From positions 1 to 21,983 of the forward strand of contig JANRJA010000161.1 of NCBI GenBank assembly GCA_033764315.1: DNA of 21,983 nt, read 5' to 3'. The stretch comes from Oculatellaceae cyanobacterium bins.114 (GTDB lineage Bacteria; Cyanobacteriota; Cyanobacteriia; Elainellales; Elainellaceae). Made by a program: the position numbers and the translations under genes. The notes beneath the pieces were generated by a model. It worked only from the letters and a program-made list of their open reading frames with translations, did not search any database and was not told where the DNA came from. How positions within the stretch are numbered: position 1 is the first letter of the stretch; every line of letters starts with the position of its first letter. Positions 10,334 through 18,045 of this stretch are shown here, in pieces.

Positions 10334-13219
10334 CTAAGCAGAAGGTTGGGACAAATATTGCATAATCCTATCCAGAAGTTGCTTGAGTTTAACAGGTTTA
10401 GTAAAGTAATCATTGGCACCCGCCTCTAAGCAGCGTTCTAAATCACCGGGCATTGCCAAAGCTGTCAAGGCAATGATGGGAATGGCATTGATTTGTCGAT
10501 CGGCACGAATTTGTCGGGTTGCTTCTAAGCCATCCATGTCTGGCATTTGAATATCCATCAAAATTACATCTGGCTGATGTTGTTTTGCCATCTGGACAGC
10601 TTCTATTCCACTCCGCGCCAAAAGAACCTGGAAATTGTGCGCCTCTAGGTAATTGAGCAAGACGGTAATATTGGCTTCATTATCTTCTGCTAATAACACT
10701 TTGGGACGGTTGGCTAATTCTGCGGCAGCAATGATGAGAGCTATCTCTGGACTGGGGGATTGAACGTTGGCAAATAGTCGATTTAACGCCTGGTAAAACT
10801 GTTGTCGAGACAGGGGTTTGAGGAGATGCTCAATGGCTCCCCTATTCAGGCTACGGGGTCGATCGTCCACCACTGAAATGACAACAACAGGAATCGATTG
10901 AGTCTGGGAATGGGCTTTTAATTCGCTCAAGACTTCCCATCCAGAACAATCTGGCAGCAAAATATCTAGTACAATCACGTCCGGTTGAATGCGTAATGCC
11001 ACACTTAACGCGCCTTTGCCAACCGGATGAATGACACTGGTTGCGCCTATTTCAGCCAAGTATTGTTTGATTTGGCTGGCTGCCGGACTCGAATCTTCTA
11101 CCACTAAAACATTGTGGATCTCGATTTGATTTAGCAAGGGTTTTGAAGCGGGGAGGTCAGGCTGAGCCGACATAGGGTGCCACGGGAATATCACCGTAAA
11201 ACAACTGCCGCGCCCCACCTCACTTTCGACCCGAATGCTACCTCCATGCAGATCAACAATTCGGCGAACGATCGGTAATCCCAGTCCTGTCCCGTCGTAG
11301 TGTCGAGAAAGGGAACTATCAACCTGAATAAATGGTTGAAAGATTTGATTCAGGTTTTCTGGAGCAATGCCAATTCCGGTATCCATCACTTGAAACTCGA
11401 CCGCTTGCTGAGGCACATTCATTTTTACCCCAAGCTGAACGCGCCCTCCATTGGGCGTGAATTTCACTGCATTGCTCAGTAAATTGACTAGCACCTGCAT
11501 TAATCGCCGTTCATCTGCCTCGATTTCTGAAATGGTTGCGTCGATTGTGCAAGTTAATCGAATTTCTTTATATCTCGCTTGCTCCCTCACAAAATTGAGG
11601 CTGGAGTGACACACCGAATCGAGTGAAACCGAACCAAGCTCGATCTTCATTTTGCCCGACTCAATTTTAGAGAGGTCTAGAATATCGTTGATTAAGGCGA
11701 GCAAGTGTTGCCCACTCTGCTCAATCGTCTGCAAAAACTGACGTTGGCGATCGCTTAAACTGCCAAACACTTCTTCCAGTAAGACCTCTGTCAATCCCAA
11801 AATTGAGTTAAGCGGAGTCCGCAATTCATGACTCATGTTGGCCAAAAATTCGTCTTTGAGTCGGGCGGCTCTGGCTAACTCTGCATTAGCTAAACTAATG
11901 CGTTCACTACTACTACGCAGTTGAGCTTCTGCTTCTTTGAGAGGCGTGATGTCCCGTCCGACCGACTGAAATTCAGTAAACTGCCCTTGCTCATCAAACA
12001 GCATCCGATTGATCCACTGAGTCCAGCGTATTTCTCCATTGACGACAACTCGGTTTTCGATCGTGACGGTCGGATTTTCGGCATTCATCGAGCTGACCAA
12101 CTGAGCCACCTGTTCTCGATCAGCTTCAAAGATCATCGGGTTATAGCTCTGACCCAAAACCTCCTCTAATGTCACCCCAAAATAGCGACAATAAGCCCCA
12201 TTAACAAACCGAATAGTGGTATCCGGCAAGTAGCGAACAATTAAATCGGTTTGGTCTTCAACGATCGCGCGATAACGGACTGCACTCTGGTGCTCGAGTT
12301 GGGCATAGGCATTCGCTTGTTGCAAGGCGATACCGAGGTGAATGGCAATTTGTTGCAGCAATTCAATCTCTGTAGTTTGCCACGATCTCGGTGCTTCACA
12401 GTGATGGGCAATCAGCAGCCCCCACAACTGGTCATGGCGGAGAATGGGCACTACTAAATTGGCGCGCACCTGAAACTGCGCCAGAAACTCAGCATGACAG
12501 GGGGCAAGGCTCCCATCATGAATATCAGCTTTTGCCATGACTCGTCCTTGCTGATAGGGTTCTAGATACCCTTCGGCAAAGCAAGGATCATGGATATCGC
12601 AATAGAGAATAGCTGACCATGTTGAACCAACCGATTCGGCAACGATGATGCCATTACCATCCGATTCCATGCGAAACACAATGACGCGATCGGTTTGCAG
12701 AAACTGACGCACCTCCGTCACGGCAGTGTGGAGAATTTCATCGAGTTCCAACGACTGGTGAATTTGCTGGGTGATGTGTCGAATTAATTGTTCTCGTTCA
12801 AGCTGCTGTCGCAGTTGGAGGCGGAGTTCTACAGCTATAAGGGTCTTACTGATTGCCAGTCGTAACCCTTCAGCGGTGATTGCCCCTTTTACCAAATAAT
12901 CTTGTGCGCCTGCTCTCAGAGCTTGCAGGGCGATCGCCTCATTGCCCTGCCCTGTGATCACAACAACGGGTAAACAACCTGGCTGAACCAGGGATTGCAA
13001 CTGAGCCAAAACGTCTAAACCATCCAGGTCGGGTAAGCGGTAATCAAGCAGGACAACATCGGGTCGGTGCTGCTGCCATAGGTCGAGTCCCTGTTGTCCC
13101 AGAGATGCCTCAAACAAGGTGTAGGCATATTCCTGATCACTCAGTAAATATCGTCGGTAAACTTCCCGGTCTTCTAGAGAGTCATCGACCATCAAAACCG
13201 TGCGTAATGGTTTTTGCAT
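10334..13219 (-). CDS. Hybrid sensor histidine kinase REC-GAF(DXCF cyanobacteriochrome)-PAS-HisKA-HATPase-REC-REC
   Basis: REC1 VLLDYRLPD; GAF DRVIVFR...DPCF...PCH...LWGLLIAH; PAS FVNGAYCRYFG; H-box MSHELRTPLN; N/G boxes NLLSNAVKFT, DTGIGI, GTGLGL; REC2 VLDILLPD; REC3 LMDIQMPD. Confidence 0.93.
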   Translation of the reverse strand: MQKPLRTVLMVDDSLEDREVYRRYLLSDQEYAYTLFEASLGQQGLDLWQQHRPDVVLLDYRLPDLDGLDVLAQLQSLVQPGCLPVVVITGQGNEAIALQALRAGAQDYLVKGAITAEGLRLAISKTLIAVELRLQLRQQLEREQLIRHITQQIHQSLELDEILHTAVTEVRQFLQTDRVIVFRMESDGNGIIVAESVGSTWSAILYCDIHDPCFAEGYLEPYQQGRVMAKADIHDGSLAPCHAEFLAQFQVRANLVVPILRHDQLWGLLIAHHCEAPRSWQTTEIELLQQIAIHLGIALQQANAYAQLEHQSAVRYRAIVEDQTDLIVRYLPDTTIRFVNGAYCRYFGVTLEEVLGQSYNPMIFEADREQVAQLVSSMNAENPTVTIENRVVVNGEIRWTQWINRMLFDEQGQFTEFQSVGRDITPLKEAEAQLRSSSERISLANAELARAARLKDEFLANMSHELRTPLNSILGLTEVLLEEVFGSLSDRQRQFLQTIEQSGQHLLALINDILDLSKIESGKMKIELGSVSLDSVCHSSLNFVREQARYKEIRLTCTIDATISEIEADERRLMQVLVNLLSNAVKFTPNGGRVQLGVKMNVPQQAVEFQVMDTGIGIAPENLNQIFQPFIQVDSSLSRHYDGTGLGLPIVRRIVDLHGGSIRVESEVGRGSCFTVIFPWHPMSAQPDLPASKPLLNQIEIHNVLVVEDSSPAASQIKQYLAEIGATSVIHPVGKGALSVALRIQPDVIVLDILLPDCSGWEVLSELKAHSQTQSIPVVVISVVDDRPRSLNRGAIEHLLKPLSRQQFYQALNRLFANVQSPSPEIALIIAAAELANRPKVLLAEDNEANITVLLNYLEAHNFQVLLARSGIEAVQMAKQHQPDVILMDIQMPDMDGLEATRQIRADRQINAIPIIALTALAMPGDLERCLEAGANDYFTKPVKLKQLLDRIMQYLSQPSA

Positions 13220-13336
13220 GACTAATCCTTGAGATTAAAATGGCACCGTTGTCATACCGATTTAATGAAGGTGGCAGATAACTAGGTAAGAGCGTTGCGG
13301 GAAATGCCCTTGCAGAATCCTTGCAGCGAAACCAAT

Positions 13337-13440
13337 TCAAATGGGTATCTCTGCAAACCAGCAATCTGCGATCGCCTCAAGATCTGATTTGAGTTGAGCA
13401 AAATCGATTAGTTTGATGATATAGCTTTAACCAGCTCATT
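13337..13440 (-). pseudogene. C-terminal remnant of an Rcp1-like single-domain response regulator
   Basis: Minus strand from 13426 translates to SYIIKLIDFAQLKSDLEAIADCWFAEIPI*, matching the NSYIxKPxDF...xYWF tail. Upstream sequence is frameshifted and cut by a MITE end at 13453. Confidence 0.65.
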
Positions 13441-13452
13441 TAGGCCATGGGG

Positions 13453-13530
13453 CTACGGTGTATACATACGGTGTATACATAAGTTAGCCCTCATCCCCCA
13501 ATCTTTTATCCCTACTTGAGAGAAGCAGGG
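13453..13530. mobile_element. MITE end remnant of the CTACGGTGTAxAC family, with a 13-bp tandem duplication TACGGTGTATACA
   Basis: Same terminal family as 9933 and 10002-10167; followed by a CCCTCATCCCCC hairpin arm. Confidence 0.55.
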
Positions 13531-13551
13531 TAGTTTTATATATATGGTACA

Positions 13552-13620
13552 TATAGCAGTCCTAAATCAGTTGTGAAATGGGCGGGTTGTGAGAGGCGCA
13601 CCCCATTTGGGATTGCTATA
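13552..13620. mobile_element. 69-bp TA-flanked miniature inverted-repeat element (IS630/Tc1-like ends)
   Basis: Left TATAGCAGTCCTAAAT versus right reverse complement TATAGCAATCCCAAAT (14/16 identical). Confidence 0.65.
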
Positions 13621-13981
13621 TGGTGTTAGTCCTAATCATTAGGATCGTGGATTTAATAACTCCGAATTCTTGCGTAGGATAGGTATAGCCGTAGCCACAG
13701 TCGATGGGGCGGAGGCGAGTCAGAGAGCTTTCCCAGCATCAGGATTTGAGCCATTGCCTTTGCCTTAAGCTTTCTGAGCAAAGCTATAGTAGTCCGCAAA
13801 GGTGGACTTAGCTCCGGTAGCCGCGGATTGATTCGCTGGGCTTAAACCGAACTGACGTTAAGACAGCGATCGCACCTGATTTTGCTAACAATCAGATTTG
13901 GCGGACGCAGAGAGCTTCTCGCACTTAACGAAGAGGATTGAAACGTCCTGCTACAACCCATTTTTAAGCGACTGGACACGG

Positions 13982-14470
13982 TTAGAAGGGTGGTTCAATA
14001 TATTCTTCTGGTGCTTGATCCGGTGATGGAAAAGGATGTTTGAAATTGAATGCCCATCTACTGACGCCCTGCTCGTTGAGATAATCTAACCTTTGCTTAG
14101 CCTCTATAACACTCGGAATATGCTCTGCCTCTACCCACCACAGAGCGAAATACATGCCCTCAAACTGCTCAAACCACTGACGGCGTTTCCGCATGATTTC
14201 TCCATGTGCGCTCTTGTACACATAGGCTTGAAGTTGTTCAAGAGATTCCCAAACTGAAAGGTTAAATAGGATCCGGTCATCCTCATAAGGTCGCAAGTCT
14301 GTCGCGTTTCCTTGATCCGTTTGAAGTCGCCAAACAAAGCCCGGACTGCCATCAGCCAATGCGTTGATTTCATCCAATGAAGCCACAAACTCCTCCATTA
14401 AAGGATCACTAAGCGGCGATCGCATTAGAGCAATGTTGACTTGTGCAAGGTGATACTGCTTGACTGACAT
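13982..14470 (-). CDS. DUF3291 domain protein
   Basis: HLAQVNIA, INALADGSPGFVWRLQ, NLSVWES, AHGEIMRKRRQWF, LWWV, AFNFK. Confidence 0.88.
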   Translation of the reverse strand: MSVKQYHLAQVNIALMRSPLSDPLMEEFVASLDEINALADGSPGFVWRLQTDQGNATDLRPYEDDRILFNLSVWESLEQLQAYVYKSAHGEIMRKRRQWFEQFEGMYFALWWVEAEHIPSVIEAKQRLDYLNEQGVSRWAFNFKHPFPSPDQAPEEYIEPPF

Positions 14471-14720
14471 ATTCCAAGTCCCAAACTCACCCCTAATCTA
14501 CAACAAGGCTACGATTTAATGCAGCTTTAACCTTTCCTGCCTTTTTTAATGCACACAAATTTAATGCACACAAACAGATAACGTTTTAGCTACATCCTTA
14601 CCAATCACTCAACCGATCTAACAGTGAAGTGCAGCGGCATAGATCACTTTAAACTTTGTTCGATCACCTCTGTTGCATCCACACAAAGGCAGTGTCGGGC
14701 TGCTGGTGATCTCAGCTAGT

Positions 14721-16082
14721 TCAGGTTGGGAAACATGTCGCGAATTTTAGGAGTAAGCGTATATCTCCTTTAACGCGAATTTTGCGGGTCAGAATTGCCA
14801 GGATAATGTTTCGTTCTTTTCGCAAAAAAGCAATCCAGGTTTTGCTGTCTGCTTTGACAACCAGGTTGGGTTGACCAACCAAACCGTCGTGAATTTCACA
14901 GGATTGGTGAGAAATCACAACGGTAAACTGGGCAACTTCTTTCCCCGTAAATAAGAAGTGATAGACCGCGTTGAATCCTTTCGCTTGATTGGGTTGAAAT
15001 ACGAGCGGTAAGCCAAACCGAAAGCCCTCAATGGAAGTGGGTACCAGGCTATTGCGAACTGGCTTCACCTGCTTGTGAGGAAATCGTTTAGCTGTGTGTG
15101 CTGCGGCATCTGACCCCGGAATTACATACACCGTTTCGACTTTATCTTGCAAGGGTTTAACCACCTCTTGAATAAACTCTTTGCGATCGCGCAAAAAGGG
15201 AGCCATCACATCTTCCCCCGCAGGGCAGGATGCCATACAGTAAGCCGCTTTGTAATTAGCACCAAAGGAGAGACTTTGCCACATGGTTGCCGAGTCAGCC
15301 TCACCCACTTTGCGCTCGTAATCTTTAGCCGTCTTACTTTCGGCAATAGTCTTTGCCCAATCGCTAAAGCCACCTAAAAATTCCCGGTAATTGTGGGTAT
15401 AGCAAGCGGAAAAATTGAAGCTCCCATCGGTGGCGATCGCCCCCACAGGACAGGCAGCAACGCAGAGCTTGCATTCCACACAGGGGTTGTAATCGATGGG
15501 GTGATTGTAATCCGTCACCTCCGCATCCATTAAGACAGTTCCTAACAGAATGAAATTGCCGAACTTGGGATGAATCACATTGCGGTGAATGCCCATGTGT
15601 CCTAATCCGGCAGCGACGGCGATTGGTTTATGGGAAACAACCCACACATTTTTATTCACATTCAAATAGTCCTGCGCCTCCATCGGGAAGCCCATCGCCG
15701 GATTGACGGCTCGAATTCCCCGATTTTCCAGTTCCCGAACGATTTTGCGGGCAATCAGATTCACCTCTTCCCCAGAGTGATGAAATTCCACATTGGCAAC
15801 GGAACGAGCAGGATTTCGCACATTATCCCGATTCATGCGACAGACAAAACTGATCAAGCTTTTCGTTTGCGGGAATGCCTGCAATAGTTTCGTTCGCTGA
15901 TCCACAATTTCGGGTTGATCAATGCTGACAAAACCGACATCATCCACCCCCAGTTCTAGGCAAAATGAGCGTAACCAATCGCGATCAATGGGAGATGAAA
16001 TTGAGTTCTGAGAATCTTGTTCTTGAGATGTTTGCAACGCTCTCAACCGCTTGACTGTGGGATGATCATCAAATTTTGACAT
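14721..16082 (-). CDS. QueG/reductive-dehalogenase-like Fe-S protein fused to a C-terminal SCP2 sterol/lipid-binding domain, 453 aa from the probable ATG at 16082
   Basis: GVDDVGF, HKPIAVAAGLGHMG...HPKFGNFILLG, CVECKLCVAACP, CMASCP; C-terminal YHFLFTG...ADSKTW...KIRVKGD..LL.F is typical of SCP2. Confidence 0.8.
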   Translation of the reverse strand: MSKFDDHPTVKRLRALQTSQEQDSQNSISSPIDRDWLRSFCLELGVDDVGFVSIDQPEIVDQRTKLLQAFPQTKSLISFVCRMNRDNVRNPARSVANVEFHHSGEEVNLIARKIVRELENRGIRAVNPAMGFPMEAQDYLNVNKNVWVVSHKPIAVAAGLGHMGIHRNVIHPKFGNFILLGTVLMDAEVTDYNHPIDYNPCVECKLCVAACPVGAIATDGSFNFSACYTHNYREFLGGFSDWAKTIAESKTAKDYERKVGEADSATMWQSLSFGANYKAAYCMASCPAGEDVMAPFLRDRKEFIQEVVKPLQDKVETVYVIPGSDAAAHTAKRFPHKQVKPVRNSLVPTSIEGFRFGLPLVFQPNQAKGFNAVYHFLFTGKEVAQFTVVISHQSCEIHDGLVGQPNLVVKADSKTWIAFLRKERNIILAILTRKIRVKGDIRLLLKFATCFPT

Positions 16083-16167
16083 GGGGTTAATCCTTGTAGT
16101 TGACCGTATTAAATCCAATGACGAATCTGGTCTTTGTAGCGAAGATATTCATCTTGACTTGAACCCG

Positions 16168-16494
16168 TTAATACGTTGCGTGTTCAGCCCGCCAGCGATC
16201 GCTACTCATCACAAACTGCGGTTGCGACTGGACAGGATAGAGAGTCTCTCGCTCAAACTGTTGGAAGTTGTATCCTGGCGTGAAAGGAACGAGGCTGATC
16301 TGATCGACATCGAATAAATCAGCCACCACCGTCTCTGCACCCAAACGTTCCAGTCGTTGGCTTCTGGCATTGCGCGATCGCCCGATCGCTCGCACCGGAA
16401 ACCCCTTCTCTAACAATTGAGCGACTACAGCACTCCCCGTTTTACCCGTTGCCCCAGTTACTAGAATCTTAGGACGATGACCAAGCCTCACCAT
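16168..16494 (-). pseudogene. NmrA-family NAD(P)-binding protein with a large in-frame internal deletion
   Basis: Rossmann start ILVTGATGKTG...VVADLFD joined directly to a short tail; 108 aa versus about 280-350 aa expected for the family. Confidence 0.7.
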
Positions 16495-16519
16495 TGAACC
16501 CTCCAGGGCTGCTCATTAC

Positions 16520-16536
16520 ATGTATATACATATTTT
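16520..16536. promoter_or_regulatory. Probable MarR operator 2, upstream of the NmrA-like gene
   Basis: Palindrome ATGTATATACAT; these 17 bp are the exact reverse complement of 17009-17025. Confidence 0.7.
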
Positions 16537-16552
16537 GGTAAACCATTTCAAC

Positions 16553-17008
16553 TCAACTCAGGCTTTTTACCTCTGCCAAAAGGGATAGCAGGGTTTGCCA
16601 TTTCTGTTCACCAATCTGCTGCATCAGATCCACTTGCACCTGCTCCCACAGTGGCAGGGTTTGCTCTAACGCCGCTTCTCCGTCAGTCGTCAACGACACC
16701 AATTTAATCCGCCGATCCTTGCCGGGAGCGATCGCAACCAGTCCTTGTTTTTCAAGCAATTTGACATTTCGAGTCATGGTCGTTTGGTCAGTAAATAACT
16801 CTTGAGCTAACCGGGTAATGGGTACCGACTCGAACAGGTGAATTGCAACCAACAACGTAAATTGGTTCATCTCCAAACCTGTCGGACGTAAGGCAGCATC
16901 ATACATCTGGGTCAAAATGCGTGATGCTCGACGGATGTGCAAACCCATGCAGGTTACAGGGACTTGACGGGCGATCGCAAGTTTAGCTCCAGGAGAAAAA
17001 TCGCTCAT
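16553..17008 (-). CDS. MarR-family transcriptional regulator, 151 aa from the ATG at 17008
   Basis: C-x3-IRRASR...YDAALRPTGL...QFTLL, HTH LAQELFTDQTTMTRNVKLLEKQGLV, wing DRR...LT.DG. Confidence 0.92.
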   Translation of the reverse strand: MSDFSPGAKLAIARQVPVTCMGLHIRRASRILTQMYDAALRPTGLEMNQFTLLVAIHLFESVPITRLAQELFTDQTTMTRNVKLLEKQGLVAIAPGKDRRIKLVSLTTDGEAALEQTLPLWEQVQVDLMQQIGEQKWQTLLSLLAEVKSLS

Positions 17009-17011
17009 AAA

Positions 17012-17027
17012 ATATGTATATACATAT
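17012..17027. promoter_or_regulatory. Probable MarR operator 1, overlapping a putative marR promoter (TTGACA at 17043-17038, minus strand)
   Basis: Perfect 16-bp palindrome ATATGTATATACATAT just upstream of the marR ATG. Confidence 0.72.
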
Positions 17028-17123
17028 AATTTACTCCTGTCAAGCAGTGGTGGTCTTAAAGATTTAGCCAATTCCGCTGCATGTTAGGCGTTCAAAGATG
17101 GTCGCAGGATGAATTTGCTGTTG

Positions 17124-17250
17124 CTTAGTACTGCTTTTCACAAATAGGGTTCGGAAACAAAACCAAGGGGTGTGGGGGCTGCGCCCCTAGCCAGGGGTTT
17201 CACCCCTGCACCCCAAATTCCCACCCCTATTTACGACGAGTTGTACTTAG
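17124..17250. mobile_element. MITE-like element with CTTAG at both ends and a GC-rich internal hairpin
   Basis: Left GTACTGCTTTTCACAAATAGGG versus right reverse complement GTACAACTCGTCGTAAATAGGG; internal GGGGTG...CACCCC arms. Confidence 0.6.
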
Positions 17251-17358
17251 AGATGAGAGGCGATCGCGTAATTCTTAAGATAGACAAGCTCCTCATAGTC
17301 AATGCATTCAAGGTTCTTTCCTTCTAAAATCGTGGCAATGTTCTAAAAGAGATGAAAC

Positions 17359-17928
17359 ATGGATATATTCAACGATATTTGGACTCTCAACATTCCAATT
17401 CTAGAAAAAATCATCCGTCCGATGTTAGTCTACTTCTTTCTACTGATTGCTTTGCGTTTGGGTGGAAAACGAGAATTGGGACAGATGACAGGCTTTGATT
17501 TAGTCGTCTTACTCATGTTGTCCAACACTATCCAAAATGCAATTATTGGGAACGACAATTCGGTTTTGGGTGGATTGATCGGTGCAGCAACTCTGTTAAT
17601 TACAAACTACTTTGTAGTCCGTTTTGCCTATCGATATCCACAGATTGAGCAGGTAATTGAAGGTAAACCTACATTACTAATTTTTGACGGTCAGTTTATC
17701 ACTGAAAATTTGGCAAAGGAACTAATTAGCGAAGCAGAGCTACGAGTAGATTTGCGACGACAAGGTTTTAAAGATGTCTCTAAAATCAAGTCTGCCACAT
17801 TGGAAACCAGTGGTACTCTTACAGTTGAGCATTTGTCGAATGCTCCAGATCCAGTGCAAGCTAACATTTTAGAGCGGTTAGAGCAGATAGTAGGGTTGCT
17901 TACCCAAGAGGCTCAATCATCTGATTAG
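17359..17928 (+). CDS. DUF421 (YetF/YcaP-like) membrane protein
   Basis: LRLGGKRELGQMTGFDLVVLL, EGKPTLLI.DG, LRRQG, ATLETSGTLTV; three hydrophobic segments. Confidence 0.9.
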   Translation: MDIFNDIWTLNIPILEKIIRPMLVYFFLLIALRLGGKRELGQMTGFDLVVLLMLSNTIQNAIIGNDNSVLGGLIGAATLLITNYFVVRFAYRYPQIEQVIEGKPTLLIFDGQFITENLAKELISEAELRVDLRRQGFKDVSKIKSATLETSGTLTVEHLSNAPDPVQANILERLEQIVGLLTQEAQSSD

Positions 17929-18045
17929 TAGATTTTACATAGAGGCTCAGTAGGAATTCCACATTCTATTTTGAGAACTGTTGCAACCCCACACTCACAC
18001 CATCCGCGATCGCCTCTAAACTCGTTACCAGCTTAGTCCGTGTTG

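Noticed and set aside
13182..13364. 60-aa minus-strand ORF upstream of the kinase
   Set aside because: No motifs; the informative frame is the response-regulator remnant
14721..16118. Calling the Fe-S protein queG or rdhA
   Set aside because: The second cluster motif differs, SCP2 is fused, and there is no Tat signal or RdhB anchor; only fold-level similarity is supportable
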